The notes beneath the pieces are model-generated. The model made no database searches, was not told the DNA's origin, and saw nothing but the letters and a program-made list of their open reading frames with translations. Shown one piece after another: positions 30,335-42,323 of a DNA stretch of 64,000 nucleotides; the first letter of the stretch is position 1; each line of letters starts with the position of its first letter. The stretch comes from an uncultured Actinomycetota bacterium. Its GTDB lineage: Bacteria > Actinomycetota > Actinomycetes > Mycobacteriales > Pseudonocardiaceae. The stretch covers positions 833,244 to 897,243 of the forward strand of contig CAWBRG010000010.1 in NCBI GenBank assembly GCA_963791185.1. The letters run 5' to 3'. Made by a program: the position numbers and the translations under genes.

Positions 30335-32209
30335 TCACCGCTGTTCGGCGGCCTCCGCGGCCGCCAGCCACTCCAGCTCGACGTCCTCGCGTTCGGCGAT
30401 GACCCCGCGCAGCTCGCCGTCGAGCGCCAGCAGGCGCTCCGGCTCGGTGGCGGCCTCGACCATCTGCTCGTGCAGCGCCTTCTCGCGGGCCGCCAAGGTC
30501 TCCAGCCGCCGCTCGAGCCGCGCCGCCTCCTTGCGGGCCGCCCGCTGCTCGGCCCCCGAGCGCGCAGCACCGCCGCCCGCTTCCGACCCGGCACCGCGTA
30601 CGGCCGCTCCTGCGCCGCTTCCCTGCGCCTGCCCCGCGCCCGCACGGCTACCCGCCTGCGCAGGCCCCGCGCCCCGCGCGCCCGCAGGCGCTGCGCCCGA
30701 CCGCCGCTGCGCGCCGTGACCGCGGCGGGCCAGGTACTCCTCGATCCCGCCGGGCAGGTGCGTGACCTTCCCGTCGCCCAGCAACGCGACGACCGTGTCG
30801 CACACGCGCTCCACGAGGTACCGGTCGTGGCTGACGACCACGAGCGTGCCCGGCCAACCGTCGAGCAGGTCCTCGAGGCGGGAGAGGGTGTCGACGTCCA
30901 GGTCGTTGGTGGGCTCGTCCAGCATCAACACGTTGGGCTCGGCCATCAGGAGCCGGGTGAGCTGCAACCGTCGCCGCTCGCCGCCGGAGAGCTGCCCGAC
31001 CGGGGTCCACTGCCGCGCGGCCGGGAAGCCGAGCCGCTCCAGCACCGACGACGCGGTGAGCTCCAGCTTGCCCAGCCGCACGTACTTCGCCACCGCCTCG
31101 GTGGCCTCCAGCACGCGCATCTCCCCCGGCAGGTCGACCAGCTCCTGCTTCAGCTCGGCGAGCTGCACGGTGCGACCGCGGATCACGCGCCCGCTGTCGA
31201 GCGGCCGCGCCCCCGTGAGCGCGTGCAGCAGGGTGGTCTTGCCCGAGCCGTTGACGCCGACGATCCCGATGCGGTCGCCGGGCCCGAGCCGCCACGTGAC
31301 GCGGTCGAGCAGCGTGCGCCCGCCGATCGCCACCGTGGCGTCCTCCAGCTCCAGCACGGTGCGCCCGAGCCGGTTGGTGGCGAAGCCGAGCAGCTCCACC
31401 TTGTCGCGCGGCGGCGGCACGTCGGCGATCAGCGCCTCGGCCGCCTCGATGCGGAACCGCGGCTTGGACGTGCGCGCGGGCGGTCCGCGCCGCAGCCAGG
31501 CCAGCTCCTTGCGGGCGAGGTTCTGCCGACGGGCCTCGGCGGCATCGGCCTGGCGCGCGCGCTCGGCCCGGGCGAACACCCAGTCGGCGTAGCCGCCGAG
31601 GTAGCCCTCGACCCGGCCGCCCGCCACCTCCCAGGTGCGGGTGCACACCGCGTCGAGGAACCACCGGTCGTGCGTGACCACGACGACCGCGCACCGCCGC
31701 GCCTCGAGGTGCTCGGCGAGCCAGCCGATGCCTTCGACGTCGAGGTGGTTGGTGGGTTCGTCGAGCACGACCAGGTCGAGGTCGCCGAGCAACGCCGTGG
31801 CCAGCGCGACGCGGCGCTTCTCGCCACCGGACAGCCCGTCGACGGTGCGATCGAGGTCGTGCACGCCCAGGCCGTCCAGGACGTCGCGCACCTGCGGATC
31901 GGCCGCCCACTCGTGCTCGGCCCCGTACCCGCCGAGGACGACGTCGCGCACCCGGGCCCCCTGCGGGAGGTCGTCGCCCTGCGCCAGGCGCGCCACCCGC
32001 AGCCCACCCAACCTGCTCACGCGTCCCGCGTCGGGGGCACGCAGGCCGGTGAGGATGTCGAGCAGCGTGGTCTTGCCGCCGCCGTTGAGCCCGACGACGC
32101 CGATCCGGTCGCCCGTCTCGACCCCGAGCGACACGCGGTCGAGCAGCACCCGCGACGCGTCGCCGGGGACGTGCGCGGTGACCGTCTCCAGGTTGACGAG
32201 GTTGGCCAT
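30335..32209 (-). CDS. ABC-F family ATPase (Uup-like)
   Basis: Two ABC cassettes (GLNGGGKTT/LSGGEKRR/LDEPTNHLD and GVNGSGKTT/LSGGERRR), no transmembrane segments, coiled-coil tail. Confidence 0.93.
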   Translation of the reverse strand: MANLVNLETVTAHVPGDASRVLLDRVSLGVETGDRIGVVGLNGGGKTTLLDILTGLRAPDAGRVSRLGGLRVARLAQGDDLPQGARVRDVVLGGYGAEHEWAADPQVRDVLDGLGVHDLDRTVDGLSGGEKRRVALATALLGDLDLVVLDEPTNHLDVEGIGWLAEHLEARRCAVVVVTHDRWFLDAVCTRTWEVAGGRVEGYLGGYADWVFARAERARQADAAEARRQNLARKELAWLRRGPPARTSKPRFRIEAAEALIADVPPPRDKVELLGFATNRLGRTVLELEDATVAIGGRTLLDRVTWRLGPGDRIGIVGVNGSGKTTLLHALTGARPLDSGRVIRGRTVQLAELKQELVDLPGEMRVLEATEAVAKYVRLGKLELTASSVLERLGFPAARQWTPVGQLSGGERRRLQLTRLLMAEPNVLMLDEPTNDLDVDTLSRLEDLLDGWPGTLVVVSHDRYLVERVCDTVVALLGDGKVTHLPGGIEEYLARRGHGAQRRSGAAPAGARGAGPAQAGSRAGAGQAQGSGAGAAVRGAGSEAGGGAARSGAEQRAARKEAARLERRLETLAAREKALHEQMVEAATEPERLLALDGELRGVIAEREDVELEWLAAAEAAEQR

Positions 32210-33159
32210 CAGGCGCGCACCGGGGGCCAACTGGGGCCGGGCTCCGGAGCCTCGACGACGCGGGCACCCGGCACCGGGCCGTGCGCCACCCGGACCGTGC
32301 GGCACACGCCCACGCCCGCCAGCTCGGTGGCGACGTCGAGCGCGGCATCCGCCCCCGCGCACAGGAACGCGCACGTGGGCCCGGATCCGGAGACGAGCCC
32401 GGCGAGCGCGCCCGCGTCGACGCCCGCCCGCAGTGTGCGACGCAGCTCGGGGGCGAGGCTGATGGCGGCGGGCTGCAGGTCGTTGCCGAGCGACAGGGCG
32501 AGCTGGCGCGGGTCGCCGCCCGCGATGGCCTCCAGCACCGGCTCTACGGGCCGGGCGGGGGGCAGGACGCCGTCGCGGAGCCGGTCGAGCTCGCCGAACA
32601 CCGAGGGCGTGGCGAGCCCGGTGCGGTGCAGAGCGATCACCCAGTGCTGGGTGTGCCGCGACAGCACCGGCACGATCTGCTCACCCCGGCCCGTACCGAG
32701 CGCGGTGCCGCCGTGCAGCGCGAACGTGACGTCGCTGCCCAGCTCGGCGGCGAGGCCGGACAGCTCGTCGCGGGACAGGTCGAGCTTCCACAGCGCGGAC
32801 AGACCCACCAGCGCGGCCGCCGCATCGGCGCTCCCACCGGCCATGCCGCCCGCCACGGGGATGCCCTTGCGCAGGACGAGGGCGACATCTGGATCCCGGT
32901 CGGCCCGCTCGGCGAGCAGCTGGACCGCGCGCCAGGCGAGGTTGGTCTCGTCGGCGGGCACTTCCGTGACCCCTTCGCCGTGCACCGCGATGGCGGGCTC
33001 GGGGTTGACCGCGACCGAGACCTCGTCGAACAGGCTGACGGCGTGGAACACGGTGACGAGGTCGTGGAAGCCGTCGTCGCGGAGGCCGCCGACCTCCAGA
33101 TGGAGGTTGATCTTGGCGGGGACCCGCACCGTGACAGGCGGCGGGACGGCGGACAACAC
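32209..33159 (-). CDS. ispE: 4-diphosphocytidyl-2-C-methyl-D-erythritol kinase
   Basis: [26 protein letters not shown] and VSGSGPT motifs. Confidence 0.96.
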   Translation of the reverse strand: MLSAVPPPVTVRVPAKINLHLEVGGLRDDGFHDLVTVFHAVSLFDEVSVAVNPEPAIAVHGEGVTEVPADETNLAWRAVQLLAERADRDPDVALVLRKGIPVAGGMAGGSADAAAALVGLSALWKLDLSRDELSGLAAELGSDVTFALHGGTALGTGRGEQIVPVLSRHTQHWVIALHRTGLATPSVFGELDRLRDGVLPPARPVEPVLEAIAGGDPRQLALSLGNDLQPAAISLAPELRRTLRAGVDAGALAGLVSGSGPTCAFLCAGADAALDVATELAGVGVCRTVRVAHGPVPGARVVEAPEPGPSWPPVRA

Positions 33160-33179
33160 GCCCCAACCCTACGGCTTGA

Positions 33180-34658
33180 TCAGTTGCGGGCGGGCTCGAC
33201 GTCGGGCTTGCGCGGCGCCAGGTGCCGTGGCCGCGCGAAGCACAGCGCCGCGACCAGCCCCGCGGCTAGCACCGCGGCCGGGAGCAGCAACGCCTGTGCC
33301 ATCGCCGCGCTGAAGCCCGCGTGCAGGGCCGGGGGCAGCCGCGCGGCGGCCTCGTCGACCTGGCCGCCCGGCAGCTCGGCGGTGATCCGCGCCTGCATGA
33401 TCACGGCGATGCCCGCGCTGCCCAGAACCGCCCCGATCTGGCGGGTGGTGTTGTAGACACCGGCAGCGGCCCCTGCCTGGCTCATCGGCAGGTTGCGGGT
33501 GGCCGAGGTGGAGATGGGTGCCCACATGTAGCCGTTGGCCACGCCGATGAGCGCGATCGGCCCCAGCAGCACCCAGAAGGGCGTGGTGGCGCCCATGACC
33601 GCGGCCAGCCAGACCAGACCGCCGACGAAGCACGCGAGCCCGAACCCGGCGACCCAGCGCGGGTGCGCGCGGTCGGTGAGCCGCCCGACGTACGGCGACA
33701 GGCTGCCCGAGATCACCGCCATCGGGACGAACAGCAGCGCGGCCTGGGTGGGCGATAGCCCCAGCACGCCCTGCGCGTAGAGCATCGTGGGGAACGCCAT
33801 CGCCGTGACGCCGAACCCGACGGCGGCGATCGCGACGCAGGCGAGGCTGAAGTTGCGGTCGCGGAACAGCGACAGCGTGAGCAGCGGCTCCCGGGTGGTG
33901 CGCGCCTGCCAGACGACGAAGACCCCCAGCACCACGAGGCCTGCGGTGATCAGCGACCACACCGAGACCGGGCCCGCGATCGTGCCCCAGTCGTAGCTCT
34001 GACCCTCCTGGATGCCGAAGACCAGGAGGAACATGCCGACGGCCGAGAGCACCACGCCCGGCAGGTCGAACCGGCGCACGTGGGTGGGGAGCTCCGGGAC
34101 GAGCCGGGCGGCGAGGACGAGCCCCACTACGCCGACCGGCACGTTGACGAAGAAGATCCATTCCCAGCCGAGGCCGTCGACGAGCACGCCGCCGAGGATC
34201 GGCCCCACCAGCGTGGCGACCCCCGCGACCGCGCCCCACAGGCTCATCGCCCGGCCGCGCGACTCGGCCGGGAACGTGCGGGTGATCACCGCCATGGTCT
34301 GCGGCATCATCACCGCGGCGCCGAGGCCCTGCACCACGCGGGCCGCGATGAGGCCGCCGATCGTGCTGGTGAAGCCGCACCACAGCGACGCGAGGGTGAA
34401 TACTGTCAGCCCGACGAGATAGACGCGGCGGGGGCCGAACCGATCACCGAGGCGGCCGGTGATGAGCAGCGGGACGGCGTAGGCCAGCAGGTAGGCGCTG
34501 GTGACCCAGACGACGGCGTCGACGTCGGTGCGCAGATCCGCGAGGATCGTCGGCGTCGCTACGGAGACGATCGTGGTGTCGACCAGGATCATGAAGAAGC
34601 CCACGCACAGCGCCCACAGCGCAGGCCACGGGCTGCGATCTCCGGTGTTGTCGACCAT
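33180..34658 (-). CDS. DHA2 family drug efflux MFS transporter
   Basis: VDTTIVSVATP, GRLGDRFGPRR and WEWIFFVNVPVG motifs. Confidence 0.92.
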   Translation of the reverse strand: MVDNTGDRSPWPALWALCVGFFMILVDTTIVSVATPTILADLRTDVDAVVWVTSAYLLAYAVPLLITGRLGDRFGPRRVYLVGLTVFTLASLWCGFTSTIGGLIAARVVQGLGAAVMMPQTMAVITRTFPAESRGRAMSLWGAVAGVATLVGPILGGVLVDGLGWEWIFFVNVPVGVVGLVLAARLVPELPTHVRRFDLPGVVLSAVGMFLLVFGIQEGQSYDWGTIAGPVSVWSLITAGLVVLGVFVVWQARTTREPLLTLSLFRDRNFSLACVAIAAVGFGVTAMAFPTMLYAQGVLGLSPTQAALLFVPMAVISGSLSPYVGRLTDRAHPRWVAGFGLACFVGGLVWLAAVMGATTPFWVLLGPIALIGVANGYMWAPISTSATRNLPMSQAGAAAGVYNTTRQIGAVLGSAGIAVIMQARITAELPGGQVDEAAARLPPALHAGFSAAMAQALLLPAAVLAAGLVAALCFARPRHLAPRKPDVEPARN

Positions 34659-34748
34659 GTCACCGAGGCTACGTCGGGCGTCCGACAGGAATCGGACCGC
34701 ACAAGCGTCGCGGTGGCCACACCGGCGGCGCAGGCGGCGAGCGGTCGG

Positions 34749-35648
34749 CTAACGGGCGGCGGCGATGCGGGCGAAGTCGGCGATCGTCAGCGTCTCCGCG
34801 CGGGCGCGGGGATCGACGTCGGCCGCGCGCAGGACGGCCTCGGCCGCGGCCGGGGAACCCGCCCAGCCCGCCAAGGCCGACCGCAGGGCCTTGCGCCGCT
34901 GCGCGAAGGCGGCGTCCACCACGGCGAACACCGCCGCGCGGTCGCCGGGCGGCGGGTCGTGCCGGTCGAAGGCGAGCAGGCCGGAGTCGACGCCGGGCAC
35001 CGGCCAGAACACCGCCCGGGGCACCGGACCGGCCCGGCGGGCCGCCGCGTACCAGGCGAGCTTGGCGCTCGGCACCCCGTACACCCGGCTTCCCGGCGCC
35101 GCGGCGAGCCGCTCGGCCACCTCGGCCTGCACCATCACGAGCCCCCGCCGGATCCCGGGCAGCTCGGCGAGGAGGTGCAGCACGACCGGCACGGCGACGT
35201 TGTAGGGCAGGTTCGCGACCAACGCCGTCGGCAGCCCCGGCCCACCGGCACCGGCGGCGTCGGCGGTGAGGTCGGCGGTGAGGTCGGCGGTGAGGTCGGC
35301 GGCGCGGAGGCGGAGGGCGTCGGCGGCGTGGACGACCAGGCGCTCGGCGAGCGCCGGGGCGCGCTCGGCCACCGTGGCGGGCAGGCGCGCGGCGAGCACC
35401 GGGTCGATCTCGACGGCGTGGACGGCGGCCACCTCCGGCAGCAGGGCCAGCGTGAGCGAGCCGAGGCCCGGCCCGACCTCCAGCACCACGTCGTCCGGCG
35501 TCAGATCGGCCGCCCGCACGATGCGGCGCACGGTGTTGGCGTCGTGCACGAAGTTCTGCCCCAGCCGTTTGGTCGGGCGCAGATCCAGCTCCGCGGCCAG
35601 CGCCCGCACCTCGACCGGGCCGAGCAGCCGCGCCTCGCCCACCGTCAC
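34749..35648 (-). CDS. rsmA: 16S rRNA adenine dimethyltransferase KsgA
   Basis: [29 protein letters not shown] and AFAQRRK motifs. Confidence 0.96.
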   Translation of the reverse strand: MTVGEARLLGPVEVRALAAELDLRPTKRLGQNFVHDANTVRRIVRAADLTPDDVVLEVGPGLGSLTLALLPEVAAVHAVEIDPVLAARLPATVAERAPALAERLVVHAADALRLRAADLTADLTADLTADAAGAGGPGLPTALVANLPYNVAVPVVLHLLAELPGIRRGLVMVQAEVAERLAAAPGSRVYGVPSAKLAWYAAARRAGPVPRAVFWPVPGVDSGLLAFDRHDPPPGDRAAVFAVVDAAFAQRRKALRSALAGWAGSPAAAEAVLRAADVDPRARAETLTIADFARIAAAR

Positions 35649-35682
35649 GCCGAAAGCGTGCACCCCGCCGCCGCGGCGGCCA

Positions 35683-37845
<2,163 letters not shown>

Positions 37846-37903
37846 GGGGTGCGGGTGGCAGGACCGCGCTGTGACACACCGCGAGCGCTGAGCGGCGGGC
37901 CCG

Positions 37904-38782
37904 CTACGCCGAACGTGGGTCCGTTGCGCCCGATGTACCAATCGGCGGGCTGGACGGCAGCTCACCGAGCCGAAACACCCGCTCGGCGTTACGCCGAGCG
38001 CATGATGCGAGCCGCTCGTCGGACACGCCGCGGACGGCGGCGAGCGCCCGCACCGTCCACGGTAGACAGAACGGCTCGTTGGCCCGGCCGCGGTGCGGGT
38101 GCGGGGTGAGGAAGGGGGCGTCGGTCTCGACGAGGAGCTGGTCGTCGGGCACGAGCGCGGCGGCCGCGCGCAGGTCGGGCGCGTTCTTGAACGTGACCGG
38201 CCCGGCGAACGAGAGCACGTAGCCCGCGTCGACGCATTCTCGCGCCATCCCGGCGTCGCCGGAGAAGCAGTGGAAGACGACGACCGGCGGCGCGCCCTCC
38301 TCGCGCAGGATCCGGAGGATGTCGGCGTGCGCCTCGCGGTCGTGGATCATCAGCGGCTTGCCGAGCCGCTTGGCGAGCCCGATGTGCCACCGGAAGACCC
38401 GTTGCTGCGCCTCGGGCGGGGAGAAGTCCCAGTAGTAGTCGAGCCCGGTCTCCCCCACCGCGACGACGCGGGGCTGCGCGGCGAGCCGCTCGATCTCGGC
38501 GAGGTCAGCGTCGACCTCGGGGTCGGTGACGGCGGCCGTGCGCGTCGGGTGCAGCGCGACGGCGGCCACGACCCGGTCGTCCCAGTTCGCGGCGTCGACG
38601 ACCCACCGCGCCGATGCCAGGTCGTCGGCCACCGTGACGGCGCGCGTCACCCCCACCGCGGCGGCCCGGTCCATGGCCGCGGCCAACAGCTCCGGCGTCG
38701 TGGCGCCGCACGCGTCGAGGTGCGTGTGGGCGTCCACCGTGGACGTCGGCAACGGCTCCGGCGGGGGCGGCGGCGGCTTCAC
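37904..38782 (-). CDS. tatD: TatD family DNase
   Basis: DAHTHLD, AVGETGLDY, IHDREAH, FHCFSG and LVETDAPFL motifs. Confidence 0.95.
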   Translation of the reverse strand: MKPPPPPPEPLPTSTVDAHTHLDACGATTPELLAAAMDRAAAVGVTRAVTVADDLASARWVVDAANWDDRVVAAVALHPTRTAAVTDPEVDADLAEIERLAAQPRVVAVGETGLDYYWDFSPPEAQQRVFRWHIGLAKRLGKPLMIHDREAHADILRILREEGAPPVVVFHCFSGDAGMARECVDAGYVLSFAGPVTFKNAPDLRAAAALVPDDQLLVETDAPFLTPHPHRGRANEPFCLPWTVRALAAVRGVSDERLASCARRNAERVFRLGELPSSPPIGTSGATDPRSA

Positions 38783-38861
38783 CGGCGCCCCACCCGGCGC
38801 GGCGCGCACCCGGCAGCCGGGCCGCCGCAGCGCCGGCGCGCGCGGGTCGTGAGCGGGCCCG

Positions 38862-40652
38862 TCACCGCGCGATCGGCGCCCACTCCGGGCCGGTCTCGCC
38901 GAGCGCGGGGTCGAGCTTGGTGAAGATCGGCGTGGGCCGGGCGAGCGGGCGGCCGACCTCCACCGGCGTGGACGCCCACCGCGCCTGCTCACCGGCGTAG
39001 TCGCCGGTGAGGACGGGGTAGGCGGGGCCGTCGCCGAGGTCGTCGACCTCCTTGATCTCCGGCTGCGCCGCCCACACCCCGCTGCCGCCCAACGCCTCGT
39101 GCACCTGCTGCGCCGCGTGCGGCAGGAACGGCGTGAGCAGCGTGTTGGCGTCCTGCACGACCTGCAGCGCGGTGTGCAGGATCGTGTCGCGCCGGTCGGG
39201 GTCGTCCTTGCGCTTCCACGGCTCCTGGTCGGACAGGTACCGGTTGGCCGCGGTCACCACCCGCATGGCCTCCCCGACCGCCTGCTTGAACCGGTTGCGC
39301 CCGAGGAGCTCCCCGACCGTGTCGAACCCGGCCCGGGAGACGGCCAGCAGCTCGGCGTCGGCGTCGGCGGGCAACACCGGCCTCGGGATCGCCCCGACGT
39401 TCTTGTGCGCCATCGAGATCGACCGGTTGACCAGGTTGCCCCACTCGTTGGCCAGCTCGAAGTTGGTGCGGCGGACGAACTCGTCCCAGGTGAAGTCGGT
39501 GTCCTGGTTCTCCGGCCCGGCGACGGCGATGAAGTACCGCAGCGCGTCCGGCCCGAACTCCTTCAGGAAGTCGCCGACGTAGATCACGGTGCCGCGGCTC
39601 GTGGAGAACTTCGAGCCGCTCATCGTGAGGTACTCCGACGAGACGATCTCGCTCGGCAGGTTGAGCGTGCCGAACGCCCCGGGCGTGCCGCCGTGGTCGC
39701 CCTGCCCGTTCTGCCCCAGCAGGAGGGCGGGCCAGATCACCGAGTGGAAGACGATGTTGTCCTTGCCCATGAAGTAGTAGCCCTGGGCGGCCGGATCGCA
39801 CCACCACTGCTTCCACGCGTCGGGGTCGGGCCCGCGCCGCGCCCACTCGACGGACGCCGACAGGTAGCCGATCACCGCGTCGAACCACACGTAGAGCCGC
39901 TTCATCGGACGGTCGCGCCAGCCGTCGAGCGGGATGGGGACGCCCCAGTCGAGGTCACGGGTGATCGCACGCGGCTTGAGGTCCTCGACCAGGTTGGCCG
40001 AGAACTTGAGCACGTTGGGCCGCCAGTCGGTGCGGGTGGACAGCCACTGCCCGAGCGACTCCGCGAACGCGGGCAGGTCGAGGAAGAAGTGCTCGGTCTC
40101 GACGAACTGCGGCGTTTCGCCGTTGATCCTCGAGCGGGGGTTGATGAGGTCGGCGGGGTCGAGCTGGTTGCCGCAGTTGTCGCACTGGTCGCCGCGCGCC
40201 GCCTCGTAGCCGCAGATGGGGCAGGTGCCCTCGACGTAGCGGTCGGGCAGCGTGCGCCCGGTGGACGGGCTGATCGCGCCCATCGCGGACTTGGCGACGA
40301 CGTAGCCGTTCTTGTGCAGCGCCAGGAACAGGTTCTGCACGACCTCGTAGTGGTTGGTCGTGGTGGTGCGGGTGAAGAGGTCGTAGGCCAGCCCGAGGCC
40401 CTGCAGGTCCTTGGTGATCACGTCGTTGTACTTGTCGGCGAGCTGGCGGGGGGACAGCCCCTCGGCGTCGGCCTGCACCTGGATCGGTGTGCCGTGCTCG
40501 TCCGTGCCGCTGACCATGAGGACCTGGTCGCCCGACATCCGCCGATAGCGGGAGAAGACGTCGGAGGGCACACCGAAGCCGGAGACGTGGCCGATGTGCC
40601 GCGGGCCGTTGGCGTAGGGCCACGCCACGGCGGTCAGCACGCGGGTACTCAT
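38862..40652 (-). CDS. metG: Methionine--tRNA ligase
   Basis: [11 protein letters not shown] (HIGH), zinc knuckle [18 protein letters not shown] and KFSTS motifs. Confidence 0.97.
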   Translation of the reverse strand: MSTRVLTAVAWPYANGPRHIGHVSGFGVPSDVFSRYRRMSGDQVLMVSGTDEHGTPIQVQADAEGLSPRQLADKYNDVITKDLQGLGLAYDLFTRTTTTNHYEVVQNLFLALHKNGYVVAKSAMGAISPSTGRTLPDRYVEGTCPICGYEAARGDQCDNCGNQLDPADLINPRSRINGETPQFVETEHFFLDLPAFAESLGQWLSTRTDWRPNVLKFSANLVEDLKPRAITRDLDWGVPIPLDGWRDRPMKRLYVWFDAVIGYLSASVEWARRGPDPDAWKQWWCDPAAQGYYFMGKDNIVFHSVIWPALLLGQNGQGDHGGTPGAFGTLNLPSEIVSSEYLTMSGSKFSTSRGTVIYVGDFLKEFGPDALRYFIAVAGPENQDTDFTWDEFVRRTNFELANEWGNLVNRSISMAHKNVGAIPRPVLPADADAELLAVSRAGFDTVGELLGRNRFKQAVGEAMRVVTAANRYLSDQEPWKRKDDPDRRDTILHTALQVVQDANTLLTPFLPHAAQQVHEALGGSGVWAAQPEIKEVDDLGDGPAYPVLTGDYAGEQARWASTPVEVGRPLARPTPIFTKLDPALGETGPEWAPIAR

Positions 40653-40727
40653 GGTCACCAGCCTAGGACCTGCGCGAAACGGCTTTTCGGGGGCGCCTCG
40701 AACGCTCCGTAGCGGTCGTCAAAAAGC

Positions 40728-41021
40728 ATCAAGCCCCCCTAGATGCACGAACACTGTTCCGTGCGGGTAGGAAGGGTGTCGATGTCACTCTTCGCGATCG
40801 ACCGGAAGCGAATTGATCTGGTCGCGGAGATGATCGACGTCCCAGCGGTACCGACCCGACGGGAGGCGCAGATCAGGCTTGACGTAGCCGGCTTGGACGT
40901 AGCGCTGCAGCGTTCGCGCGGAAATACCGAGCTGACGGGCCGCTTCAGGAGTGGTGACCAGGGTCGGCTTCGGCACGCCAGTCACTCTAAGTTACTTGGC
41001 GCCGTATCAAGCCCCCCTAGA
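40728..41021. repeat. Perfect 16-bp direct repeat flanking a small HTH gene
   Basis: ATCAAGCCCCCCTAGA at 40728-40743 and 41006-41021. Confidence 0.9.
40785..40985 (-). CDS. Small MerR-like / BldC- or excisionase-like HTH protein
   Basis: 66 aa: LVTTPEAARQLGISARTLQRYVQAG...LRLPSGRYRW. Confidence 0.8.
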   Translation of the reverse strand: MTGVPKPTLVTTPEAARQLGISARTLQRYVQAGYVKPDLRLPSGRYRWDVDHLRDQINSLPVDREE

Positions 41022-41085
41022 CGTTTTTGTCGCCATATTTCATGCAAAGTCGCTACTGTTGGCCACAATGAGTTACAGTGGGCTT

Positions 41086-41439
41086 ATGCGGTCTAATGAC
41101 GCGCGCTGGTACTTGGCGGTCGAAGCGCTCGCGCGGATGCCGGAGCTCGCCCATCGCCTGGTCGAGGTCCACCAGGCCGACGAGAAGGGCTATTGCCGCG
41201 GCTGCATGGCCCCCGGCGGCACGCTGTTCGTGCGGTGGCCGTGCGGGCTGCACCGGCTGGCGTCGGCGTCCACGGCCCCCGGCCGGGTGGCGGCCGCGGA
41301 GCCCGCGCCCGAGCCCGAGCCCGGGTGCGACGCGGGGCACCAGCCCGCGTTCGGTGGCGGTCGCCGGTCCGCGTTCGGCCCGCACCGCCGCTCCCGGCCG
41401 GAGGCGCCGCCCGACGCGGCCGCCGGGTCCGGCGGATAG
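41086..41439 (+). CDS. Small His/Cys protein (H-x5-G-x-CxxC ... WPC motif), function unknown; alternative start 41068
   Basis: HQADEKGYCRGC...WPCGLH; divergent from the HTH gene. Confidence 0.6.
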   Translation: MRSNDARWYLAVEALARMPELAHRLVEVHQADEKGYCRGCMAPGGTLFVRWPCGLHRLASASTAPGRVAAAEPAPEPEPGCDAGHQPAFGGGRRSAFGPHRRSRPEAPPDAAAGSGG

Positions 41440-41451
41440 CGCAGCGGGCGG

Positions 41452-42298
41452 TCAGTCGCGCTGCTCGGCCAGCGCGGCCGCGTACAGCTCCCGCTTCGGC
41501 ACACCGGCCGCGGACGCGACCACGCTCACCGCGTCCTTCAGCCGCTCCCCGTCCGCCACGCGCTCCTGCACCGCCGCCACCAGCGACCCCACGCTCGGCG
41601 TCGCCGCCGACGCCCCCGCCAGCACGACGGTGATCTCGCCCCGCACGCCGTCGGCCGCCCACGCGGCCAGCTCGGCCAGCGACCCCCGGCGCACCTCCTC
41701 GTGCGTCTTCGTCAGCTCCCGGCACACGGCGGCGGCCCGCTCGCCACCCAGCTCGGCGACGGCGTCCGCGAGCGACTCGGCCAGCCGGTGCGGCGACTCG
41801 AAGAACACCACCGCCCGCGCCTCGGCCCGGAGCGACGCGAGCCAACGCCGCCGCTCCCCCGACCGCCGTGGCGCGAACCCGTCGAAGCAGAACCGATCGG
41901 CGGGCAGGCCGGAGAGCACGAGCGCCGTCGTGACCGCGGACGGCCCGGGCAGGCACGTCACCGGCAACCCCTCGGCCACCGCCGCGGCGACGATCCGGTA
42001 GCCCGGGATCGGACACCATCGGCATCCCCGCGTCGCTCACGACCAGCACCGTGCGCCCCGCCCGCACCTCGTCGAGCAGCCCGGGCAGCCGCGCGGCCTC
42101 GACGGCGTCGTAGTGCGACACCACCCGCCCCCGCACCGACACCCCCAGCGCGGCGGCGAGCGTCCGCAGGCGCCGCGTGTCCTCCGCGGCGATCACGTCG
42201 GCCGTTCCGAGCGCCGCGACCAGGCGGGACGACGCGTCGGCGGCCTGGCCCAACGGGGTGGCGGCGAGCACCAGGAGACCGGCTGACGGGGAGGACAC
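41452..42298 (-). CDS. rsmI: 16S rRNA (cytidine1402-2'-O)-methyltransferase; frameshift near 42005
   Basis: LAATPLG, AAEDTR and VSDAGMP in one frame; LPGPSA, FFESPHRL and CRELTKTHEE in the next. Confidence 0.9.
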
Positions 42299-42323
42299 GA
42301 CCGTGAGCCTACGATCGGGCGCC

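Noticed and set aside
40728-41021. IS element or prophage
   Set aside because: No transposase, integrase, terminal inverted repeats or phage genes; kept only as a repeat-bounded cassette.
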